DNA of 64,000 nucleotides from Octopus sinensis (Eukaryota): positions 95,852,001 through 95,916,000 of the forward strand of contig NC_042997.1 of assembly GCF_006345805.1 (NCBI RefSeq). Direction: 5' to 3'. Every line of letters begins with the position of its first letter. The stretch's first letter is position 1. Position numbers and translations under genes: made by a program. Of this stretch, positions 48,664 to 62,332 are shown in pieces. Below the pieces are notes generated by a model. The model was not told the DNA's origin, did not search any database, and was given only the letters and a program-made list of their open reading frames with translations.

Positions 48664-50510
48664 TGATATGACAACAAGAGAATGAATGAGACCTCTATAT
48701 TATGTAACCAGAGGAATTTATCTATAATATAATATGTGACAATTAGTCGGTTGCCATAATAAAACTCAGAGTTTCGGATGTCGGGGCAGGAATCTGAGAT
48801 GTGGGTTGGGGAGGACTGGGAGGCTGAGAGGAAAGTGAGAAGTAGTTGATTTGAAGATTTCGAAGAAATTTGAAAAGTGTGTACCGGAAAGAATAAAACA
48901 CTACTCATTTAACTCCTGATATCATTCATATTGTGTAAATCGGACTATTTTCTATCAATACACATACATATTATTTAAAATATGTATGTGTATGGATATA
49001 AAATTTGTTCCAGACGAAGATTGTTCTCTACAGCATCTAAGTAAAACAGCATTAAATGATATAGAAAGATACTGAAATGACTAAATAAAAAATGCCGGAT
49101 CTTTTGGATTCTAGATTTCAAGAAAATATTCTTTTCAGGCTCACAATATATTCTAATATTTCACCCTCATATCAAGTATTCATCATTTTATTCCCACGAG
49201 AAAAAACATTTGGGCTTGAAGTTATCAGAGGAGTCTGATGCAAGATATTTGCTGTAATTATTTTATCGAATCATGGGAACTGTTTATTGATTCTAATAAA
49301 ATAAATCGTAAATCTATTAGGCTACACAATGACAAAGCTTTCAACAACTGTAGCACATTCCTTTGACCTGATATTTATGAATCCCGTAAACTATTGATAC
49401 GTCTCCTCAAATGCAATAGCAACTTTACACATATAGTTAGTTATTAGAGCTTGTTTGTGCAAACTATGAATAGTTTCAGTACCGACAGAATAGCAAAGAT
49501 GAGAAATAACAAAACATAACTGGTATTCTAAAACTGAAAGCGTTTTTATGAAGACCCAAGGTCTGGGTTATCGTCTAAGAATGCATTTTTCAAAACTTCA
49601 CATCAAAATGCCTTTATGAAAATATTATGAAGGGTATGGATGGTCAGAGTCGAGGTTCAATATTTTAAACAAAATAAATAGAATATTCTTAGAGTCATGA
49701 GCGGCTTTTATGATGAGTTACTGCAGAAAGAAAACTGTTCGTCCGACAAACAACTATAAAATAGATTATAACGAAGTTCCATTTAACAACAGTTTAACGT
49801 AAATGAGGGTTGGATGCAAGAACGATAAATCTGATAGAAGTTCCACTTTCTCTTTTAATTCAGCAGAAAACAGAAAGGAACAACAAAGTTAAAGTATTTA
49901 TGCATGAATAACATAAAAGAAATAATATAAATTATCATTCTATCATCATTATTTTAATTATCATTATCATCATTACTCAATGGAAGATGTAATCGGATAA
50001 AATAACAGGGCATGATTTGGATACAGACAATTTGGACCTGATAGGGAAATTTGGTTATTATATAGGAAAATAAAACTAGTGGTTTCACTTTCACGATGAT
50101 TGAGTGACTGGGAGAAAATGATGAGGAACGCGAAGCAATGTGAACCCGCTTATGTAGACAAGAGGTAATAGGAAAATACTACTAGGCAATGAAGGTGAAG
50201 TAGGTGTAGAAATTAAGGTATGCAACTTGATGTCTTGCGTTCTCCATCAGTTGCAGAGAGCTGTTTAGACATTGAAAATATAATTCCCGCTGCTTTTTCG
50301 TTTACCTTCTATCATTGTAACTTGTAAGACTGAGGAAGAGCGCTATCCGAAATTTGAATACACTAGCCTACATATGTAATTTGTTTTACATTTTTAGTCG
50401 CTCTGTATAGATTCATGCATGCATACATATATGCATAAATACATACATAAGCACATATACACACACACACATATATATATATATATATGTATACCTATAT
50501 ATACACACAC

Positions 50511-50541
<31 letters not shown>

Positions 50542-50544
50542 AGC

Positions 50545-50725
50545 AGACAATTCACAAAAAAAGACAAAAGACGAAGACAGGTGGTGTAGACAACAAACAG
50601 ATGCATTAGTTTTACGCTCGGGAAGTGAAAAAGTCTTTAACGTTTCGATTCTACGCTCTTCTACAGAAAGGAACACAGAAAGAAACAAGGAGTGAAAAAT
50701 AAAGAATGTGAAGTGGCTAGCAATC
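50545..50725 (-). repeat. Solo Penelope pLTR-like end with variant hammerhead-like motif (50635-50670)
   Basis: Homologous to the pLTR at 11640-11745. Minus strand reads CTTT-CTGTAGAA-GAGCGTAGAATC-GAAA-CG-TT-AAAG. Confidence 0.65.
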
Positions 50726-51456
50726 TCGTGCATACACACACACATGCGCGCATGCACTCACACACACACACATACACATATTCATAGTATTTTTGGAGAG
50801 TCAACATGGTATGTTAGCTTTTGTATATTCCACTGACATTCATCCATCAAAGTATTTCAATTAATTTTCTTATTTTCTTTATAGTTAAAGCAGGAGAGGA
50901 TAGAACACACATTTAGGGTTCAATAAATTAAAATACCACAGTTTGAAACCACGCAGGGTTTATTAATATGCATTGTATATGAAAATTATGTCCTCGAATT
51001 TAAATTCTCTCATTCAGGATATAGTGTGATATTTTCTTATTGTTGATATACTATTTTCGTGTCATTTTCCTTTCCTGAGCATCTTATCATATAGAATAGT
51101 TTAAATGTTTACTTTTTTTCATGGAAAGCAGAAGTAACTATTTAGCAAATTATATGACGACTTATATAATGAATTTTGCTAATTATATGATGAATGTGGG
51201 ACTTCTGCATGTTGCATTGCATCTAATCCATAAATATGAGATTTTCCTCTACTGTATTAATTCTTAATTTAAATCATAAAATGAACGTTCAAATCTATTT
51301 AATGTATTGGCTCCGATCTAGTTAAAACTAACAGTATAACCCAGCTTTGCTCGAGATTGAGTTAGAATTATTAAGCTAATCGAGTTCTTTATTTCAAACC
51401 AAACTAAGTAACATTAACATAAAATTTGGGCGAAATCCGTTGATTTTATATAAATT

Positions 51457-51511
<55 letters not shown>

Positions 51512-54500
51512 GCAACGCACATACACGTACGTACATACCGCTATTGCATACATGTCTATTGTATGCATACATGTTCGTGTGTATGTGTGTGTGTTGCCCG
51601 TATATCAACGAAACACCTTTTTTCCTTGATGGAAAAAAAACAACATAATTCTTAACAAAAACTCACTCGTCGCTAGAAGGGGACTTAAATCCTGTTTGCA
51701 AACAATGGTGATTTCTCCGTCTTGATAATTGTTAAAAGTTTTGGTTGAAAATATATTTTTACTACTATTCACTAGAGCGTCTGGGGAAAATAAGTTGATG
51801 AAAATACAGCTGGAATCATAACAAATGTCCTCCTAAAATTGGAGCAATATGCATGCTAATTTGTGAACGTACATAAATTACATTCACGTACACACACACA
51901 CACACACACATCCTACCTTCTATATACACAGATTAATTTAACTTTTTCCCCGTTATCTGAAGACATATATTTCTATGCCCTTACATTTCATCTGCACAGC
52001 TGGTAGACAAGATGTATATTAGCAGAGAAATAATACTACAGAGTTATCGATTCATGAAGTTGAAGCCAACATGAAGCTAATATTGCTATACAGTAGAAAT
52101 CTCCAAGAAATACGAGCTACATATTAGAATAACAGAGTGATATTCATCTGCTTTTGTGACAAAAACAACATCGAGTTATTCGCTGGATATTGAACATGGC
52201 TATGTGGGAGAATACCTCTACTGCACAACAGACTGAATATACTACAGAGATAAAAAAAGAGAAAATTAATTGCTACTGAACGAGTACAGTCTAATAAACT
52301 AGAAAACCCCTATTTGTTCTTATATGCCATTGCATATTGGGTATCCACACTATTGTATATGTATGTCAATGAAACAATAAACTTGGATATAAATTCTGTA
52401 ATAGTATAACTATTGTTAAGTAGTCGTCGCGCAATGGGTTATAACGATATCAAGCATGCAACTATAATCGATGGGAGATATAATAGCAGTATATAATACG
52501 TTTAAAAGGCAACCTGATTAGAAATCCAAGATATAATTTAAAGAGAGATTGTTATAGATGTAAACTGATTTCAATAGATATAATACTTAATATTCGTAAA
52601 TATATTAAATCTTTGAATTTATGCATGTACCTTGTTCATTAAATCATAATTTCAAAATATGATAGAAACTTTCCGAAAGACCATTTACAAGTGGATGGAA
52701 AGTATTTCTCGTTTATAAAATAACATGCTAAATTCTCATTTATATAATACAATGTGTACGTAATACGCAATAGTTTTTCGAATTTATTGAAGGAACTATT
52801 AGTTAATATCTCACATATTATTCATGTTTCGTTCTATGATTACATGTCATGTGCCGGAAGTCGCCTACATAGGATTTCCTTATAAAACCAGCTTGCTATA
52901 TGATTGAACACTTTCTTTAATTCTGCCTTATACATAGGTTATGATGCAGGTCGTATTCCTAGTCTGCTTTCTCACTCTATTACTTCTGTTCCACTCTGAT
53001 ATTTTAATGTTGCTAACATTATGAATACTTGGCCTATTAGAAAGAGAAAGCAAATTCTTCTCAAATCAATGATTTCTTTTTATACTTAAGGTGGATGGCT
53101 ATACTTAAATACATTTCGTTATACGTTTCCACAAACAAACTATGCTAACCTATAGCTAAATTCCAATTACATAAGTGTTCTATAAACTTCACAATAAATT
53201 CACTGTGTTTAAGTTTTAAACTAAAATGTTCAACACTTCTCTAACAACTGGACGGCAATTACGTATTCATTGCTTTACAGGAAGCATGCAAAATAATTTA
53301 ATTTCCAGAACAACAAGTACCCACACCCTAAAGGTATAACTCTTATCTCTTGATCATGTTTTTACCTTAACTAGTCTCTGAAACTCGACAAAGTTTATGG
53401 ATAGTGACATTTCTCGTTGAAAGAAAGCATGAAAAGAAAACAAACTAGAAACAGTAGTTAACTCAAACTGAGTTGGTAAAATGAACTGCTTTTTACAGCC
53501 TCTTATACAAACGTAGTTTTATAGATATAACGTTACAGCATAAAAATTAGATACACCATAATTCTTAAAAGGTATTTTGTTACCTTAACATGCAAGAAAT
53601 ATCAACTGTAGCATTATGTTTGTCAGTTCAAACAATGCGCTGGTGAAATTTGCTATTTATACACATGAGGATCGTTATAAGTAACAGCAACTTATTAAAC
53701 AGAATAAATCACATGTGTCTTCCACGCAAACAATTACTGTAGCTAATGCTAAAATCAAACATTTTGGAATGGTCGGACATATTCTTAAAATGAATAAGAT
53801 AAACAAAATATGTCGTATAAGTATTTTATCATAGAAAAGTAAGTTCAGCATAGATAAAATTGATTATAAGTTTTAGGCATTTACACTTTCGATGGAACAA
53901 AATTGTAAATGCACAATAAAAAGGTTACATTTGACAATTGACTTTACGGTGTTACCGTGTATTTAATGTAGGCCTTGCCAGAAAGTTCAAAACCGTCTCT
54001 TCTCACCTAATATGAAAAACACAATTATACAAATAGGATTTAGAGCAGTAAATCATGAAAGGAAAAATGAATAAGTTATTCGTATCACCTTTATATATAA
54101 CAAAGTTGTTATTAACTTATGTAGAACTTGTTTAAGTTGTGCTTATCTAAATATTTCTTTCATCTTCCAGTAAGTAGTGAAGTTTATAATATATGTGTAT
54201 AATGTACTTAGATTATAAACTTCACTAGTAGATTTCTAGGTGTTTGAAGTTGTTTCATTCTATTTTCTATTCCATCTTGGTCATATTTATATTGTAAGTT
54301 GAAAGTGTTACATTGAGATATGTAGTAAATATAGAGTATATGGACTAATGAAAACCACGTAAACACAAAATCCATTCACTTAAATCTCCAATTAACATTA
54401 ATTATATACTACTACATGTATAATTATATACACTAAAAGGTCTAAAATCAAAATTTTCCCATCAGTAATCAACCGTAAGGATGTAATCCCCGCCACTGGT

Positions 54501-55085
54501 TATTAATAGTTAATGTGAAAAAATTGATTGCCAATATGAAATCGGAAACATCGTGACTGCAATAGGTAGTGCAGCACTTACAATTTCAGCACTTCATCAC
54601 TGGTATATCATGCATATACAAACAGGAACAAGAGCAACACAAGATACAAAGAAACAATTAGAAAAGCAGCTGAATACAATGCATCAAAATGTTGCAAATT
54701 TTCGCTAAAACAGAAGAAGGCAGTACACAAAATACAGCATAGTGATAAACCAGCGACAAAGTAAAATTCTGACTAATTTTAATCCAGCCGGCATTTTCTA
54801 TAGAGATTAGATAATCCTATCTTCTTGAACGAAGTGGCTACACACACCGACATCATACACTCAAGCAGAGGAGACTACGAAGGTCTAAAAGTCTGATCAT
54901 TGATTAAGAGTTTCATTATTGATACAAATGTAAGAATCTAAAAATATATATGTATATAAACAACCTTGATAAAATGTTACTAAAACGTATTTGTGGCGTA
55001 TATGCGATAATACACATGTATCTGTGAGAGAGTGCACATAATGTATGTTTATGCCGGTATGCATGCATTTATATATTTATAAATA

Positions 55086-55260
55086 ACACAGGGAAACAAA
55101 GTTTTTGTTGCATTAATACCAGGACTTGTTCTTAACTCATTTAAGCATGCTGAATTCAAATCTGAAGTTAGTTTGTCTCTGTAAGCTCTAGATTTTATGC
55201 AATTCAACTTCTTTTTCTCAAAACTTGGACATCTCTCACATGGTGACATGGCCCAGCTGA
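55086..55260 (+). mobile_element. Chapaev3-like transposon terminus
   Basis: acacagggaaacaaagtttttgttgcat...tgctgaattcaaatctgaag...gctctagattttatgca is an inverted homologue of 56945-57075. Confidence 0.55.
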
Positions 55261-55403
55261 AAATTTCAAAATAACCGCCTGGTACATACATACATACATG
55301 CATGCATACATACGTACATACATACATACATACATACATACATACATACATACATACGTACATAAATACACGCATACATACATATGTGTGTGCGTGTTTG
55401 TAT

Positions 55404-55640
55404 GAAGGTGCATGGCACAGTGATTACGGTGTTGCACTTAGGATGCGAAATCGTAGTTTTGATTCCCAGACCGGGCGTTGCATTATGTTCTTGAGCAAAA
55501 CGCTTCACTTCATGTTGCTCTGTGATCATTTCTCCATCTGATATGTGGCACAATGTGCACCTGTACAGGTAATGTCGATTTGATGGAAGGAGTGAGTTTA
55601 TGTGAACAAAAACATTTGATCACTATAAATAGATCATTTG
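55404..55640 (+). mobile_element. tRNA-derived SINE, type C-related
   Basis: gaaggtgcatggcacagtgattacggtg...ttgattcccagaccggg...gttcttgagcaaaacgcttcacttc. Confidence 0.6.
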
Positions 55641-55722
55641 TGTGGTCTATCGACGGGAATGTCTGCTGTATATATATATACATACATACGTACATACATA
55701 CATATATATATATTATATATAC

Positions 55723-55766
<44 letters not shown>

Positions 55767-55932
55767 ACATACATACGTACATACATACATATATATATTT
55801 ATATATACATATAATATATATATATATTATATATATATATATACATACGTACATACATACATATATATATTTATATATACATATATACATATATACATAC
55901 ATACGTACATACATACATATATATATTTATAT

Positions 55933-55977
<45 letters not shown>

Positions 55978-56399
55978 CGTACATACATACATATATATAT
56001 ATGCATGTGTGGTAGGTATGCATGTAAGTACATAGGTAAATATGTATGTGTGTATATATCTATGTGTGCATGTGTACTGATTAACAGTTAACACTGGTCA
56101 ACAAATGTTGGGTTTTATTGATATCAACACTTGGCATTAACTAATTTGAGGGCATAGATTTCAGAGCTGAAGCTGGCTATTTCCTAAACGCTCTAATTTT
56201 TTTTGCAATCAAGGTATTTTAAAATTTCGTCTTCATCACATTGACGTCATAGTCTATGTGGAGAAATATGTGGTTAAACTCTCTTTAAATTAGCTGCGTA
56301 ATAAAAAAGAAAATGCAAGATAGTATAAATTTATTCAAGAACACAATTTGAAACACGTTTCCATAATAAGCAAAGGTTTATCGTTGATATAAAACTGTT

Positions 56400-57075
56400 G
56401 ATTGATAAATACGACATTAGTTACTCTGCGGAGGCAAAGCTCACTTGTGGACTATTCCTGGAGGAATTTATGCTAGAAGCTGTTGCGTTTGTTGAGTGTC
56501 CCAGGGCAATCTCACTTAATGCCCAAGCAATAGTCTGCCAGCATATGTTTGTCCCCTCTTCCTTGGTAACACTCTTCCGTGGTTTTGAGGTGCTGGTGGA
56601 ACCGCTCGCCGTGTTTGTCACTTACTGCTCCTAGGTTCTCAAGGAATCTATCAAGATGACTGTACATGAAATGGAGTTTGACACATCCAAGATTACGTAA
56701 AGCTAACAATATATTAACGACAAGAGTTTCATAGCTGCCAGCCTTTTTATTACCGAGAAAAATTTCTATTTCCACCACAAATGAAAGTCATGCAGTCCTT
56801 TCCTTGTCATTCATCTTTCTGGCAAATTCTTGGTCACGTATAAGTGTACAAATCTCCGGTCCATCAAACACACCTATCTTGATCTTCTCGAAAGACAAAG
56901 CAGGGAGAGAATAGACTATGTATAGAAGGCATTCAAAATCAGTATTTAAATCTGCATGAAAACTAGAGCATGTAGAACATAACCGTTTTCAGATTTTAAT
57001 TTAGCAGGTTCAAAACACTAAGAATTAGTTACAAAATTTTATGCAACTGAGATTTCGAAAAAATTTGTTGTTCTG
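56400..57075 (-). mobile_element. Internally deleted DNA transposon remnant, Chapaev3 (CMC)-like transposase C-terminus
   Basis: LPALSFEKIKIGVFDGPEI...FLGNKKAGSY..LGCVKLHFMYSHLDRFLENLGAVSDKHGERFHQ...YQGR..MLADYC. The terminus-like sequence at 56945-57075 abuts the coding fragment. Superfamily is assigned from motif memory. Confidence 0.7.
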
Positions 57076-57777
57076 TATAATGTATGCTTATTTATGTAAC
57101 CACGTACATACGCATATATACCCACATATTTACATCCATATGGACAAAGATAAGATAGGGCAGTTAATAATTAGATTTATGGACGTGCTTTCACAAAAGT
57201 TGCCTGTGTTTTCGTAGTGTACTCCATATTCAATGCTTCTGTGTTTCTGTTTTCCCTTGTGGTTGTTAATATAATTATACAGTGGGGTGAGTCTTTCAAA
57301 TACTGACGTAAAAAGTGTTGTTCTTCTCGTCTGAATTTAGTTATGTTATACTGTTTAGAATGTTAGTGTAGCTTCATATATGAATGACCAAGTGTGATGT
57401 GTTTCATCATTATATGCAGCTGGATAACTGGTCAACATTATTTCTTGTGTGTGTTAATGTGACAGTGCAGGTTGGTTCTTAGTTATATCTGTTGTCTAAA
57501 TCTGCAGAAATTTGCTTGGGTTTTTATACATGTTTATGAATATATACAATGAATCAAGATAGCTTGTCACTTCGAATGTTTGTCTGTATCAGTGTATATG
57601 CATGCGTCTATTTCTGTGAATGTATATGAATTTTATGTGTTGCAAGTGTGGATCTATTTATACTGTATGCAAGAATTTTCAATAATATAATTTCCTCACC
57701 TGTTATCTCTCTCTCTCTCTCTATCTCACTCTCTCTCTACACACACACATATATATATATATTTAGTTCAAATATCT

Positions 57778-57910
57778 AGAAAAAGAAAAGACGAGGACAG
57801 GTGTATGAACAACAAGCAAGTGTATTAGTTTGACGCTCGGGAATAATGAAAAGGTCTTTTCAGTTTCAATCCTACGCTCTTCAACAGAAAGGAATAAGAA
57901 GAAATAAACA
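57778..57910 (-). repeat. Second solo pLTR-like end with degenerate hammerhead-like motif (57856-57891)
   Basis: Homologous to 50560-50690. Minus strand reads CTTT-CTGTTGAA-GAGCGTAGGATT-GAAA-CTGA-AAAG. Confidence 0.6.
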
Positions 57911-57944
57911 GTGTAGAGTTCGCCAGTCCAGCATGGTGAATTTG

Positions 57945-57979
<35 letters not shown>

Positions 57980-58633
57980 TATAATATATATATAAACATG
58001 TATGAATGTATATACGCTAAGTGAATTAGGATATATTATTCAGGTGTGTAAATGGATATTGACGAAACAATTACAAACAAACCAATGTATGTAATCTAAC
58101 TACATTTTTCGATAGCTTATAAGATAGCTTTGTATTCGCGTGCGTATGTTTACCCTACATGTTCTTTTGTATTATATATCTATGTATCTATTTTCTTACG
58201 GTTCTGGTCAACCCGATATTATACGAAAAAAATGAATTTGTATGGCATTTGGAACAAAAACAGATCTCATTGCCCGGAGATAAACTTCCTAAAAGAAAGC
58301 AGGTACATCTTTGTTGGATAGTTTTCTTTTTTTACATGCGATTCCAATGTTCAATGCAGTTATGCTGAATACACGGAACAAACTGTTGTGACACATGTTT
58401 GTCATAATATCAGCCAATTCACATAATAAATGAATGCGAACAGGTAGTTCAATTCATCGTATATGTGGAGTTTATACCTGCAAAACCGTAGGTATAGCAT
58501 ATAATTTACAAAAGAAGGAAAAGCCAGCTGCTTCGCAAGCATCCATTCAAATACGCTGTATGTACAGAGAAAATATAGAGAAGGAAAGAGTAAGATGAAA
58601 AGAAAGGAGTATGGGGGTATGTCGATGTGCGCA

Positions 58634-58830
58634 TGAAGGTGCACACGTCAGTGATTAGAGCGTCAAGCTCACAATCATCAGGTAGTGATTTCGATTCCCG
58701 GAGCTGGCTGTGCGTAGTGTTTTTCAGCAAGATCCTCTATTTCATGCTGCTCCAGTTCACTCGGCTATAGAAATGAGTTGCGACGTCACAGATATCAAGC
58801 TGTATCGGCGTTTGCCTTTCCCTTGCATAA
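58634..58830 (+). mobile_element. SINE type C
   Basis: Aligns with 28801-28995 (ttagagcgtcaagct, gaaatgagttgcgacg, caagctgtatcggc, tgcctttccctt). Confidence 0.75.
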
Positions 58831-59008
58831 AATCGGTGGGGTTGAGAAGGGATCAATTTGTACATTACCTGGTCAGGATCTGTGCCACATTCAATCTATA
58901 AAAATAAATGATTTTTAGGGCTACGACCACATAAGATAAAGTTTGCACCCCTACCCCACGTCCCTCATAGCATACACTTTTGAAAGCAACATGTGTGGAA
59001 CCGGTTAA

Positions 59009-59044
<36 letters not shown>

Positions 59045-60646
59045 AAATTTGAATAAATCTTCATATATCCTCTGCATTTTCCACTTCATTTATTAGTACT
59101 TGTTTGGATTCGCAACGATTTTGCTATTTATATTCTCTATATAAGGAACAAAAAACATACCATCAGAATCTGGCAGAAGTGAGAATCCATGGAACGAAGA
59201 TGTCCTCAAGCAACTGAAATGCTTGTCGAATTTCCGAACTATACCAAAGATACGGGAACAACTAAGTGAATGCCCAAGAGAGGTTAACACTACAAAATCT
59301 GAAAAAAAAGCAACGATAATACAAGGCCGATGCGGATCGACAAACACACTTATCAAATGTAGTTTCAGTCATGTCTCGTATTCAGTCTAACTTGTATTTT
59401 GGAACACGTTAAAGAACAACTGGAAAGCAGACATTTACAAAAATTGATTAAACTCAGCCTCGACAATTCTCTCTGGAAATCTTCAAATAAAATCTATTGA
59501 AAATATAACCAAAAAACAGAGAAATCTTAAAGAAAGGATGACTCTACAAAAATTCAAATTGAAAATTTAATTACTGCTATTAAGGGCAAATTCCAACGAA
59601 CAAAAATTAAAATCCGCTGACGAACATATTGAAGTGAAAAATTAAAACAAAAGTAGCCACGGCGTTCTGTGTGAAAATACCTTTAAATGCTGGAGAGAAA
59701 AATATTTAAATAAAGATGTTGAGAAAATAGAAACAAAAAACAGAGTGTCTGGTTCAACAAATACGAAGGCGAATTTCAAAACGAAAATCAGGTGCATAAC
59801 CCATTTCTAAAGAAAATTAAAACATAACAATTGTAGCCACAAACGGCCAAACAAACAGCTAAAATTAAGAATTGTATCCAATAAAGTTGCGAACGCAACA
59901 GCACCAATTCCAGACTCTCTAGACATTATGAGTGCGAACATATATATATATGCATGTGTGTGCGTGCCTGCGTGTTTGTGTATGTATATATGTATATATG
60001 CATGAATGTATCCATGTATGTGTGTATGTATATATGTATGTATATGTGTAGGGATGGGTGCGTTAATATATGCGTTAATGATACATAACAGAATAAAAAT
60101 TACTCAGTAACTAGATTATAGTAGAAATAATTTAATTCGGTCAGCTGGAACCAATCTGGCTAAAAATATATTTGCGTCAAACTTTTTGGATCTTCCCACC
60201 GGATATTTTGCATGAATGCATAAAATGGTGGTTCGGGTACAATCTTCCAAAGTGACAGCATAAATCTCACGTTAACGAGATGTGAATATAAAACAAGTGA
60301 CATTACGCTCTTGGTGATTTAAATATGCATAATAAATCTATGATTAAGAGTTAAATAGAGATAATGAAAAGTATAGAGTTTTCGCAGGAGTTGGTAAATT
60401 GGTGATATCGCATATAAGCAAATGATTTCTTGCAATGTATTATATAAAACAGCTGCACTTTCTTATGCTGCCATCCATAATGTTTACGTTACTCAACACT
60501 ACTGTATTGACATTATTGCTTGAAGCAAATATCCTCTATTACAAAGGTTAGGAGATATCTTAGGGATAAAGAAGGGAAACAAAGAAATGACTAATACGCA
60601 CGCGCGTGCATACACACTCACTCACACACATATACATGCACATATA

Positions 60647-62212
60647 CAGTGGGGGGAAATAAATATTAGTACGTATCAACACTCTTTATTTAATTTCTAA
60701 TGAATATAAATGGGATATACCAATACTACATTTTCATACACATGCATAAACTAAGAATAAACTAAGGAATTTATATTCAATTATAAATATTTAGGGGTGT
60801 AAAAAGTATTCGTACAGAACATAAATAACTGATAATTTTGATTTAATACTTCACAGCATAACCATTATTCAGTTCCACTTCAACCAATCTCTTCTTGTAG
60901 TTCTTAATCAATGACTGGCAAGTTTCTTTAGACATTTTTTTCCATTCTTCTTGACAAATTTTCTTCAAATCTGCAATACACGTTGGGGCTCTTCAATTAA
61001 TTTTAATTTTCAAATAATGCCACAAATTTTCAATGGGGTTCAAGTCAGGTGACTGGCTTGGCCATTCTAATAATTTTATATTGTGATCGACAATCCATTT
61101 TTTGGTAGACTTCGTCGTGTACTTAGGATCGTTATCCTGTTGTAAAACCCACCTTTCACAAAGCTGGAGCTTTTCTACAGAGTCCCATAAATCATTGTTC
61201 AAAATATTTTGGTACATCTCTGCATTCATTCTAACATCTATCACATGTAAATTGCCAGTAACATTTGCAGAGAAACACCCCCACACCATGATGTTGCCAC
61301 CTCCATACTTTCCAGTAGGAATTATGTTTTTCGGCGAACAGGTGGTACCATCTTTCCTCCGAACATGGTTCCAAACAATTTAATTTTCGACTCATCTGTC
61401 CATAGAACATGTTCTCAGAATGTATCAGATATATCTTTATGTTCATAAACAAATTTTAAACGGGCATCTCTATGCCTTTTAGTCAACAGCGGAGTTTTTC
61501 TAGGAGAGCGTGATTTCAGTTCATTCCTATGAAGTTCATTGCTGATTGTTCGTAGTGTAACACTAGTCTCTGAAGCTAACAAATCTTCTTGCAATTCCTT
61601 TTTGGTGATCATAGCGTTTTTATCCGATTCTTCGCTTCATTTTTCTTAAAGATCTAGGGGAAATCTTGCGTGGTACACCGGATCATATTCTGTTTTCAAC
61701 AGTTCCCGATTTTTTTTTATATCTTTGAATAAATGAAGATATGGTAGAAAATGGAATACAAAGGGTCTCTGATATTTTCCTGTAACTTTTACCTGCTTTC
61801 CACTGTTCAATGATTAAGTTTTTCACTGAATTTGTGAGTTCTTTACTTTTCGCCATTATTACGATAATGTTGTCTCAATGCTGAATGAAGAAGCTAGTGT
61901 TTGACACTTAAAAATGACAACTGATAAGATTATTGGAACAAACGAGAAAGTTCTAGTAAAAAAAATATATTTTAACAGTATTTTGTGGCATAGAAAATCA
62001 TAAATGTATTCTGTACGAATACTTTTTTCACCCCTAAATATTAATAATTGTATATAAATTCATCAGTTATAATTCATTAGTTTCTTTTGCATATTCTTAG
62101 TTTATGCATGTGTATGCAAAGCAAATATAGTATTGGTATATCCCATTTATGTTCATTAGAAATTAAATAAATAAGGAATTTTGACATGTACGAATATTTA
62201 TTTCCCCCTCTG
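60647..62212 (-). mobile_element. Full-length Tc1-like element of the IR/DR type (~200-bp TIRs), defective
   Basis: TA at 60645-46 and 62213-14. Termini are cagtggggggaaataaatatt and, reverse complemented, cagagggggaaataaatatt. Long inverted repeats span 60647-~60830 and ~61995-62212, with outer (aaatattagtac) and inner (aagtattcgtac) direct-repeat motifs. Confidence 0.93.
60843..61856 (-). pseudogene. Tc1 DD34E transposase, frameshifted
   Basis: MAKSKELT.. from the ATG at 61856; RSPRKTPLL; LWTDESKI; MVWGCFS; QQDNDPK...WPSQSPDLNPIE with 34 residues between D and E; ends GYAVKY* at 60843. Confidence 0.9.
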
Positions 62213-62260
62213 TATGTATGTGTGTATATATATAAATGATTACATACATGTATGTAAGTA

Positions 62261-62332
<72 letters not shown>

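Noticed and set aside
50330-50352. CTGAGGA...GAAA hammerhead-like string
   Set aside because: No convincing stem I or II and no UH triplet after stem III.
52050-52160. HEVEANMKLILL...SDIHLLL, faintly like the EEAD/DTD motifs of XPG-domain (Academ-like) transposases
   Set aside because: Too short and degenerate, with intervening stops; needs tBLASTn.
59130-59900. A-rich, purine-skewed stretch suggestive of a decayed LINE ORF2
   Set aside because: No diagnostic motif could be recovered in any frame.
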